Below, piece by piece: positions 56,744 to 64,000 of a stretch of DNA of 64,000 nt. The position numbers and the translations under genes were made by a program. Under the pieces are notes generated by a model. That model was given only the letters and a program-made list of their open reading frames with translations, was not told where the DNA came from and did no database searches. This DNA is from Patescibacteria group bacterium. Its GTDB lineage: Bacteria > Patescibacteriota > Minisyncoccia > JACQLN01. The stretch spans positions 29,652 to 93,651 of the forward strand of contig JBBTRR010000001.1 in NCBI GenBank assembly GCA_038065095.1. The letters are read 5' to 3'. Each line of letters begins with the position of its first letter. Position 1 is the stretch's first letter.

Positions 56744-58606
56744 ATGATTACTAAAAATCAAAAAGAGGTGTTGAATTTTGTTAAAAGTTATCAAACCAAA
56801 CATGATTTCGCTCCTTCTCTGGAGGAGATTAAGAAAAAATTTAAACTTGCTTCTGTTTCTACCTCTCATTACTACATTAGAAAGCTTCAAGAGGCGGGGC
56901 AACTCCAAAAAGAATTTAATCAACCGCGCGCTGTTTCAACTACTAATAAAAAACAAACAATAGAAATACCAATCGTTGGCGCAATTGCCGCTGGGCAACC
57001 CATTAGGGCAATTGAAGTACAGAATGAAACAATTACTATCACTAAAGACGAAATAAGCAAACAAGGTAAACATTATGCCTTACGTGTTCAGGGTAATAGT
57101 ATGATAGAAGAAGGAATTTTTGACGGTGACATTGTGGTTATCCGTAAACAAGAAGTTGCCGAGAACGGGCAAACAGTGGTTGCAATTATTGATGAGGACG
57201 AAGCAACTCTAAAAAAGTTTTATCGTGAAAATAATAGGATTCGGCTTCAGCCAGCTAATCCAAGATTATTTCCAATTTATCGCGATGAGGTAGAAATTCG
57301 GGGCGTTGTTGTAAAAATTATTCGCAACCTTGAATTGCAGTTAGACAAAGAAAAATCAAAAGATAAATATGTGCGCCGAATAGATTCTTCTTGGGATTAT
57401 CGCGGAGAAAATACTAAAACCTATACACATGGTATTCACATCTATCCCGCAATGTTTATTCCGCAAGTGGCGCGAAGATTATTGGAGACATACAGTCAAG
57501 AGTACGATACAATTTGCGATATTTTTTGCGGTTCTGGCACAGCTTTGGTTGAAAGTAAATTGTTAAATAGGAGTGCCTATGGTATTGATCTAAACCCCTT
57601 GGCCATTTTCCTTGCCAAGGCGAAAACTACACCCATCAATCCTCAAAAATTAACAAGAACATATCTTTCTTTATTTGATAGAATTGGAAAAGTTACAGAT
57701 AGTGAGATTAAAAAACTCGATTTCAAAAATATTGGTTTTTGGTTTAAAGAAAAAGTTATTACTAAACTTTCAAAACTTAAAAAAGCTATCCAAGAAATTA
57801 AGGACGAAATAATTCGCGATTTTTTTATGGTCGCTTTTAGTGAAACAGTGCGCTATGCCTCAAACACAAAGACAGGCGAGTTTAAATTGGTAAGAATTAA
57901 GAGTGAAAAATTAGATAAACATGATCCCGATGTATTTGGAATTTTTCGAAAAAGGGCCGAGTCAAATATTGCAAAAATGGGTGAATTTTATAAAGATGCA
58001 AAAAAAGATGCTTGGACAAAAATAATTTACGGTGACTCGTCTAAAGATAATGGTATAAAACTAGCCTCTGTAGATTGCATAATTACCTCTCCGCCTTATG
58101 GAGATAGTCGAACAACGGTAGCTTACGGCCAGTTTTCGCGTCTTTCAGCCCAATGGGCCGATATTTTTGACAATCCGAATGATGCTTCTAGCATAGATAA
58201 CGAACTACTGGGCGGTAGAGCCTCAAAAACACTATCACATTCTTTGTCTTCGGATTATCTTAACGATTCATTAGACAATATTGCTAAAAAAGACGAAACG
58301 CGTGCCAAAGATGTTTTAAGTTTTTTTATTGGATTGAATGAGTGTTTAAAGCAAGCTCATAAAATATTAAAACCAAAAAAATATTTCTGTATTGTTATTG
58401 GTAATAGGTTAGTTAAACAAGTTCGTATCCCAACCGATTTTATAATCGCTGAGCTAGGAGAAAAAATCGGTTTTACTTGTGAGGATATTTTTGTTCGTAA
58501 TATTCCAGGCAAAAGAATGCCCATCAAAAACTCGCCTACAAACATTGTTGGAATACTTGAAGAAACGATGAACAAAGAAAGTATTGTTGTTTTAAGAAAA
58601 AACTAA
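56744..58606 (+). CDS. LexA repressor fused to an alpha-class N4-cytosine DNA methyltransferase (M.MvaI-like)
   Basis: ITKNQKEVL winged HTH, AAGQP, GNSM, TLKK; then HIYPAMFIP, DIFCGSGT ... ITSPPYGD; single open frame. Confidence 0.88.
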   Translation: MITKNQKEVLNFVKSYQTKHDFAPSLEEIKKKFKLASVSTSHYYIRKLQEAGQLQKEFNQPRAVSTTNKKQTIEIPIVGAIAAGQPIRAIEVQNETITITKDEISKQGKHYALRVQGNSMIEEGIFDGDIVVIRKQEVAENGQTVVAIIDEDEATLKKFYRENNRIRLQPANPRLFPIYRDEVEIRGVVVKIIRNLELQLDKEKSKDKYVRRIDSSWDYRGENTKTYTHGIHIYPAMFIPQVARRLLETYSQEYDTICDIFCGSGTALVESKLLNRSAYGIDLNPLAIFLAKAKTTPINPQKLTRTYLSLFDRIGKVTDSEIKKLDFKNIGFWFKEKVITKLSKLKKAIQEIKDEIIRDFFMVAFSETVRYASNTKTGEFKLVRIKSEKLDKHDPDVFGIFRKRAESNIAKMGEFYKDAKKDAWTKIIYGDSSKDNGIKLASVDCIITSPPYGDSRTTVAYGQFSRLSAQWADIFDNPNDASSIDNELLGGRASKTLSHSLSSDYLNDSLDNIAKKDETRAKDVLSFFIGLNECLKQAHKILKPKKYFCIVIGNRLVKQVRIPTDFIIAELGEKIGFTCEDIFVRNIPGKRMPIKNSPTNIVGILEETMNKESIVVLRKN

Positions 58607-59304
58607 AGGATTTTCTTATGAATCTTAAACAAAAGCGGTAAAAATTTTTCAGTCAGACGAAACGCAGAACCATGGTCGTGTGGTTGTCCTGCTTTTATTC
58701 CACTATGATAGACACCAAGACGAATATCGTATTTTGAATGGGCAAGAAATTTAGTCGGATCAATTTCTTTAAGGATATATGCGTCTTTGTAGTGAAAATA
58801 CTCGTGTCCGCTTTTATTTTTTGTTTCGGCTCGAACTAATATCAAGCCATTTCCTATTTTTTCTATCGCTTTCTGTTTCAAAAATGCCAGACTGTAATAT
58901 CCTAGAAGTTTTCCTTTTTTAAGAATAAGTAATTTTCCTTGCCCCTCATCAATAGTAGCTTGAAAACCCATACCATTTATTTTACCATCACTAATTGTTT
59001 GATGAAGAATTTTAATTTTAGGAAATTCTGAATCGGGATAACCAAAACGCTTTCTAATTTCAGAATTTGTGATACCTTCGGGGCTTTTAGTGAATAATGT
59101 CATCATGGAAATAGTATTGATTCTTTGAGACTTTAACTCCATTACACCGAAATCAGGTAGTGCAATATTATTTTCTGTAATTCCGAGATAATCCTCAAGA
59201 GTTTTTCCGATTCCAGTATTATGTTTTCGGTTTGATTTAATCCACCCCTTTTCTGAGAGTTCTTTTAAACCTTTCTTGATTTGAGTAAGTGTTCGTTTTT
59301 GCAT
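58603..59304 (-). CDS. MvaI/BcnI-family restriction endonuclease
   Basis: TGIGKTLEDYLGITENN..PD...ELKS, TLFTKSP and HDHGSAFR motifs; ATG at 59304 (the longer ORF overlaps the tRNA). Confidence 0.85.
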   Translation of the reverse strand: MQKRTLTQIKKGLKELSEKGWIKSNRKHNTGIGKTLEDYLGITENNIALPDFGVMELKSQRINTISMMTLFTKSPEGITNSEIRKRFGYPDSEFPKIKILHQTISDGKINGMGFQATIDEGQGKLLILKKGKLLGYYSLAFLKQKAIEKIGNGLILVRAETKNKSGHEYFHYKDAYILKEIDPTKFLAHSKYDIRLGVYHSGIKAGQPHDHGSAFRLTEKFLPLLFKIHKKIL

Positions 59305-59309
59305 CTTAT

Positions 59310-59394
59310 TGGTGGGCGAGGAGGGACTTGAACCCTCAAGCCTTTCGGCACACGATTTTGAGTCGTGCATGTTTGCCAATTTCATCACTCGCCC
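59310..59394 (-). tRNA. tRNA-Leu(CAA)
   Basis: GGGCGAG acceptor, anticodon arm CACGA-CTCAAAA-TCGTG, long variable arm GCC-GAAA-GGC, T-arm GAGGGTTCAAGTCCCTC, encoded CCA. Confidence 0.96.
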
Positions 59395-59489
59395 AATATT
59401 TAGGTATTTTCTAGTAAAAAGCATTCATTGTCAATGCGGATTCCTTAAGGTAAAATGAATAGTATCTAATTAAGTAACTAAGTAATTTT

Positions 59490-60452
59490 GTGTCTAGAAC
59501 AATTTCTTTCGTTAACCAAAAAGGTGGTGTAGGAAAATCAACCAGCGTTATAAACGTTGGTGCGTTTTTAGCAGTACACGGTAAATCGGTTTTAGTGGTG
59601 GATCTTGACCCGCAAGCTAATACAACTTCGGGTATGGGTGTAGATCCATATCAAATAGAATGGAATTTGTATCATGTTTTAACAAATGGTTTGTTGCCCG
59701 AAGAGGCTATAAGAAAAACCGGTGTAGCTGGTTTGGATTTATTACCTTCTAGTACAAATTTGGCGGGTGCGGGGATAGAATTAGTAACTCAACCTAACAG
59801 AGAATTTCGTTTGCGCGAAGCCTTAAGCCGAGTTTCTACAAACTACGATTATGTTTTAATTGATTCACCTCCTTCGCTCGGTTTACTAACTATAAATGGT
59901 TTAGTTGCTTCCGATTATGTTGTTATTCCTGTACAATGCGAATATTACGCTTTGGAAGGTATTGGTCATCTTTTAAAAACTATAGAATTGATTCGCGATA
60001 ATCTTGGTCACAATGTTAGTGTGTTAGGCGCAGTCTTAACTATGTACGATAAGCGCAATCGCCTTAATCGTGATGTGGTAAAAGAAATGAGTAGAAATTT
60101 TCCAGGGCGTGTTTTTAATTCTATTATTCCTCGTTGTGTTTCTTTGGCCGAAGCGCCCTCGTTTGGTAAAACTATTTTGCAATATGATCTTTATTCCAAA
60201 GGTGGAAAAGCTTATAGACAGTTAGCCGAAGAAATACTAGGCTTAGAAAATGTTGGTGCGGTAGAAACTCCTGTTGTTAGCGAGGTTGCCGTTCAAGAAG
60301 AAAGTCAGGAAGAAAATATAAATAATGAGAATATAGATAATTTAGAACCAGAAAACGAAGTTGTAGTAACCGAGGCCAGTAATGATTTTGTTCAAACAGA
60401 AATTGTTACCACTTTGGTAGCGGAAGATAGTAATTCTCAATTATCAATTTAA
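59490..60452 (+). CDS. parA: ParA/Soj ATPase with acidic C-terminal extension
   Basis: NQKGGVGKST, DLDPQAN, DSPPSLG and LAEAPSFG motifs. Confidence 0.93.
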   Translation: MSRTISFVNQKGGVGKSTSVINVGAFLAVHGKSVLVVDLDPQANTTSGMGVDPYQIEWNLYHVLTNGLLPEEAIRKTGVAGLDLLPSSTNLAGAGIELVTQPNREFRLREALSRVSTNYDYVLIDSPPSLGLLTINGLVASDYVVIPVQCEYYALEGIGHLLKTIELIRDNLGHNVSVLGAVLTMYDKRNRLNRDVVKEMSRNFPGRVFNSIIPRCVSLAEAPSFGKTILQYDLYSKGGKAYRQLAEEILGLENVGAVETPVVSEVAVQEESQEENINNENIDNLEPENEVVVTEASNDFVQTEIVTTLVAEDSNSQLSI

Positions 60453-60536
60453 CAATTTCCAATATATTTTCAATGATATAATTTTCAAACATTTAGTTTT
60501 GTAAATTGTAAATTGAAAATTGTAAATTAGACACAT

Positions 60537-61451
60537 ATGGCTTTAGGCAGAGGTTTGGAATCATTGATTCCACAAAAAAGGAACGAAGAAGTTTCTTCTC
60601 CAAAAGAACAAACTAGCTTTTCTGTTCCAGCAAAGAATGTTGCCACAACCGCAAGGCAAGAGAGTGTTTTTTATATTGAAATAGAAAAAATAAAACCAAA
60701 CCCTTATCAGCCTAGAAAAGAGTTTAACGAAGCCGAGCTTAATAGTTTGGCCGATTCCATGAAGCAGTACGGCATGCTTCAACCTCTTTTGGCTTCTAAG
60801 ATTGAGTTTGCTGTTTCCAGTGGAACCAAAGTTGAATACCAGTTAATAGCTGGTGAACGCCGTTTAAAAGCCGCGGGTATTGCGGGGCTTCGCCAAGTTC
60901 CGGTAATAATAAAAAATCCAGACAATGCTACAAAATTGGAAATAGCTTTAATAGAAAACGTCCAGCGCCAAAATCTAAATGCCATAGAAGAAGCTTTGGC
61001 TTATGAACGTTTAATGACTGAATTTAAATTAACCCAAATGGAGGTGGCTCAAAAAGTTGGCAAGAGCCGCGAGGTAGTTGCCAACAGGGTTCGTCTTTTA
61101 GATTTACCATACGAAGTTCAACGAAGTATTTCCGACGGAAAAATAAGCGAAGGTCATGCGAAGGTTTTGTTGGCTATTAAAAATTCCGAACGCCAAATAT
61201 TTTTAACTGACGAAATAATTAAAAAAACTTTATCGGTCCGCGAACTAGAAGATATTGTTCGTACCGACGAATCTTACAGGGCAAAAACAACAAAGGTAAG
61301 TGATCCGGAACTAGAAAACTATAAAAAAACAATTCAAGATACTTTGGGTACACCTGTTTCTTTTTCGGGTAACCGCGAAAAAGGTAAACTGGCTATCAGT
61401 TTTTATTCTCAAGAGGATTTAGATAGAGTAATTAAGCGTTTGACAATGTAG
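60537..61451 (+). CDS. parB: ParB/Spo0J partition protein
   Basis: LGRGLESLI, NPYQPR, IAGERR, ENVQR and HTH motifs. Confidence 0.95.
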   Translation: MALGRGLESLIPQKRNEEVSSPKEQTSFSVPAKNVATTARQESVFYIEIEKIKPNPYQPRKEFNEAELNSLADSMKQYGMLQPLLASKIEFAVSSGTKVEYQLIAGERRLKAAGIAGLRQVPVIIKNPDNATKLEIALIENVQRQNLNAIEEALAYERLMTEFKLTQMEVAQKVGKSREVVANRVRLLDLPYEVQRSISDGKISEGHAKVLLAIKNSERQIFLTDEIIKKTLSVRELEDIVRTDESYRAKTTKVSDPELENYKKTIQDTLGTPVSFSGNREKGKLAISFYSQEDLDRVIKRLTM

Positions 61452-61532
61452 GTATATTCTGATACAATATATCTAAGCTCAAATAGAGCCTAAATAGTAC
61501 CTCAAAAACCTTAATCGCAGGAGAAACTGGCT

Positions 61533-62366
61533 ATGGCTAAAAGCCCGGTCGGTAGTATGTCGGACTGGTCCGGCGTGCTCAAAGATTTTTTCCGTCAGGT
61601 TGACGATGGCAGTATCACGCTGGAGATGGTGAAGGCCTTCGTCGAACATCGGGTTGTGTCTGCTCTCGAAACTCTGCTGGAGACCACAAAAAAGAAACTC
61701 CAGAAGTTTTTCCGTGTAGACCTTGAACCCATGCCTGCTGAATTCACCGAAGAGAACTTGGCCAAGTGGGCCGAGTTCAACTTGAAGCCTGTCTATCTGC
61801 CGATGGAAGAAATCGGTGAAGACCGCAAACTGAAAAATTGGACCAAGCCCGAAAAATGGTTTTATCAGAAAATCGGAGAAGGCAAAGTTAACGCGGACAG
61901 TGCCAAGCTTCACCAAGGCTGGTATCTGGCCGATTTCACAGTCGGCACAGATTACACCGACGGCACGCAGGTGTTTCCGAACGACCCTCTCAATCCAATC
62001 ATCAAAAGATTGCGCGAAGAAGGGAAAATCGGAAAGTACGATAATACTCCGCTCGGTTCTCGCTTTGCCATTACCCACGACGAATGGCAGACAGTAGTTT
62101 GTCCTGCTGTGGCCGAATCACTTGGTTTCAAACCTACACAGGTTCGCTTGGAGCGATCCATTGAATTTAACGCGATCGGGAATATCTACGATCCCAATCG
62201 TGGCAGGTTCAATATGTGGGAGTGGTTCAGTGATAAATTTGAGGACTCCTACCAGCTTTGCAGTGGTCGCCGCGGGAGCGGTGGTCTGGCCCACGTCTTC
62301 TACAGTTGGTCTAGTCATCGCCTCGTCGACATAGCTGGTCGTCCTCTGGTGAGTTTCGTGAGTTAG
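61533..62366 (+). CDS. DGR target protein with C-terminal variable region (CLec-like end)
   Basis: The last ~44 codons match the downstream TR; WEW...GG...IAGRPLV end; AGGAG RBS; higher GC. Confidence 0.85.
   Translation: MAKSPVGSMSDWSGVLKDFFRQVDDGSITLEMVKAFVEHRVVSALETLLETTKKKLQKFFRVDLEPMPAEFTEENLAKWAEFNLKPVYLPMEEIGEDRKLKNWTKPEKWFYQKIGEGKVNADSAKLHQGWYLADFTVGTDYTDGTQVFPNDPLNPIIKRLREEGKIGKYDNTPLGSRFAITHDEWQTVVCPAVAESLGFKPTQVRLERSIEFNAIGNIYDPNRGRFNMWEWFSDKFEDSYQLCSGRRGSGGLAHVFYSWSSHRLVDIAGRPLVSFVS
62235..62351 (+). repeat. DGR variable region (VR)
   Basis: 117-nt ungapped alignment to 62661-62777; 17 of 28 mismatches are at TR adenines. Confidence 0.9.
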
Positions 62367-62401
62367 GTTCTTTTCCCCTTGGGCTTTGGCTCTTGGGATT
62401 T

Positions 62402-62430
62402 TCCCCCAACGCAAGTTGGGGGATTTTTTT
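62402..62430 (+). terminator. hairpin downstream of VR (DGR homing hairpin and/or terminator)
   Basis: TCCCCCAAC-GCAA-GTTGGGGGA followed by T7. Confidence 0.75.
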
Positions 62431-62660
62431 ATTTTCACAAACTTGATAGAATTTTTCTTGAGTAAGCTAATGAAGAATAGATCAAGGTTTATTCTCGCAT
62501 TTACTCTCCTGTTTAAAACAGGAAATAACGAAACTCCTTGCTTTGGGCTAGATCGGGTGTCCTAAATTTGTGGGATTGCCGAGTAAAAAACTATCCGTGG
62601 GATGCGGATTTCAGAAAATATAGATTTATATTTTCGGTGATTATAGACGGCTTAAAGCAA

Positions 62661-62777
62661 AAATTCGAGGATTCCAACCAGCTTTACGGCGGTAACCGCG
62701 ATAACGATGGCTTGGCCAACGTCAACTACAACTGGTCTAGCAATCGCAACGACAATATAGCTGGCCGTCCTCTGGTA
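62661..62777 (+). ncRNA. DGR template repeat (TR)
   Basis: A-rich copy of VR with 9 AAC/AAT codon positions; intergenic; next to avd and RT. Confidence 0.9.
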
Positions 62778-62788
62778 GTTTCCAAACA

Positions 62789-62818
62789 AAAGAGCACCTT
62801 ATTTTTTAGGTGCTCTTT
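62789..62818. terminator. hairpin between TR and the convergent avd
   Basis: AAAGAGCACCT-8 nt-AGGTGCTCTTT. Confidence 0.7.
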
Positions 62819-62825
62819 GTAAAAT

Positions 62826-63195
62826 TTAGTTTGATCTTATCCAGCCACCTAACATTCTGCCTATTTCCAAAACTTTTTCTTCAGCTATTAAATATTTTTT
62901 TATATTGATTGATTTGGTATCGTGAGCAAGGCGGACAAGATATTTTAACAAGTCAGTTTTATCGCTAGCCTTTCTTAAAGTTTCATCTTTTTGATGTTTG
63001 GGTTGGTAACTTGCTGAAAGTATTAATTCTAAAACCTCTAAAATAGTATTTTCAATTTTATTTCCCAGAGTAAAACGTTCCAGCTTTGGAAATGTTTTTA
63101 AACACTCGTGAAATAATTTATATAACTCACAAATCTTATGCACAATTGGTATTTCAACTCCGTTGGGGGGGGGCTTTAATGGTAAAGTTTTCCAT
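62826..63195 (-). CDS. avd: DGR accessory variability determinant (Avd); ATG 63195 is out of frame by 1 nt at the G9/C9 tract, in-frame GTG at 63143
   Basis: FPKLERFTLGNKIE...LLKYLVRLA...EIGRMLGGW four-helix Avd pattern. Confidence 0.85.
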
Positions 63196-64000
63196 AATAT
63201 TTTTGAAAAGATTATTGGCTTAGAAAACTTATTTTTAGCTTGGCGCGAATTTAAGCGTGGTAAGAAAAAGCGTTTAGATGTTCAAGAATTTGAGTTTAAC
63301 CTAGAAGATAATTTGTTTCAATTGCGTAACGAACTAAAGAATAAAATCTACCAACACAATAAATACATTCCTTTTTATGTAACCGACCCAAAGTTAAGAC
63401 ATATACATAAGGCTACAGTTCGGGATAGAGTTTTACATCAAGCCGTGTTTAGAGTTCTTTACCCAATCTTTGATAAAAATTTTATATTTGATTCTTATTC
63501 TTGCCGAATAAACAAAGGCACGCATAGAGCAATTACCAGATTAGAAAGTTTTTGCCATAAATTAAGCCAAAACAACAGTAAAACTATTTTCGCCTTAAAG
63601 TGTGATATTAAAAAGTTCTTTGATTCTATAGATCAAAATATTCTAGCTAGTTTGATACAAGCAAAAGTTAAAGACGATAATGCTACGTGGCTTGTAGACG
63701 TGATTATCAAAAGCTTCCCCAAAGGTTTACCCTTGGGCAATGTAACCAGTCAATTGTTTGCCAATATTTATCTTAACGAACTAGACCAATTTATTAAACA
63801 TAAATTAAAAGAAAAGTACTACATTCGTTATTGTGATGATTTTATTATTTTGGGTGAGAACCTGAACGTCTTGCAGAGATTATCAAAAAAGATAGATGAG
63901 TTTTTGGGAAAGAGTTTAAAGCTATCCTTGCATCCCAATAAAATTATCATGCGTAAATATATACAGGGCATAGATTTTCTGGGTTATGTGATTTTGCCGA
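63163..64000 (+). CDS. DGR reverse transcriptase (runs off the window end)
   Basis: ENLFLAWREFKRGK, DPKLRHI, RDRVLHQA, GTHRA, CDIKKFFDSI, GLPLGNVTSQLFANIYL, RYCDDF and GIDFLGY motifs; start is either TTG 63163 or ATG 63138 across the G tract. Confidence 0.93.
   Translation, partial: MGGGFNGKVFHNIFEKIIGLENLFLAWREFKRGKKKRLDVQEFEFNLEDNLFQLRNELKNKIYQHNKYIPFYVTDPKLRHIHKATVRDRVLHQAVFRVLYPIFDKNFIFDSYSCRINKGTHRAITRLESFCHKLSQNNSKTIFALKCDIKKFFDSIDQNILASLIQAKVKDDNATWLVDVIIKSFPKGLPLGNVTSQLFANIYLNELDQFIKHKLKEKYYIRYCDDFIILGENLNVLQRLSKKIDEFLGKSLKLSLHPNKIIMRKYIQGIDFLGYVILP

Larger units (their letters stand above)
61533..64000. mobile_element. diversity-generating retroelement cassette (target-VR, TR, avd, RT)
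   Basis: All canonical components lie within 2.5 kb. Confidence 0.9.

Noticed and set aside
59305-59424. N-terminal extension of the REase ORF
   Set aside because: It overlaps tRNA-Leu on the same strand; the true start is most likely ATG 59304.
59400-61530. Replication origin or parS near parAB
   Set aside because: I could not see a DnaA-box cluster or a parS palindrome by eye; the isolated DnaA boxes elsewhere are insufficient.
62538-62822. 94-aa ORF resembling the target C-terminus
   Set aside because: It is the translation of the DGR template repeat (Asn-rich from AAC codons); TTG start and no RBS, so treated as non-coding TR.
1-64000. Alternative genetic code (UGA=Gly, as in Gracilibacteria/Absconditabacteria)
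   Set aside because: Conserved genes are full length in code 11, and murE and glyA end at TGA at their expected C-termini.

Overview
AT-rich bacterial chromosome segment, most genes on the + strand, standard code 11. Gene content and style suggest Patescibacteria/CPR (inference). Housekeeping genes include murE (partial), rnhB, polX, infC-rpmI-rplT, smpB with tmRNA, ileS (with an inserted histidine-phosphatase domain), recO, glyS, metG, tatD, leuS, tsaC, glyA, tRNA-Leu(CAA) and parAB. Accessory modules are a HicB/HicA-like pair, an attenuator-led ATP-grasp/DmpA/racemase cluster, two independent LexA-DNA-methyltransferase fusions each next to a nuclease, and a CsoR/CopA copper cluster. A diversity-generating retroelement (target/VR, TR, avd, RT) sits at the right end. 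Main observations: (1) avd and RT overlap head-to-head across one G9 tract, and deleting one G puts both ATG-started frames in register, a candidate phase-variable switch for hypermutation; (2) both LexA-MTase fusions have a direct-repeat operator-like site over the -10 box; (3) a six-copy intergenic hairpin element shows compensatory base changes; (4) short CAAG-tailed palindromes and heptamer arrays are inserted in frame in essential genes. All alignments and counts were done by eye.
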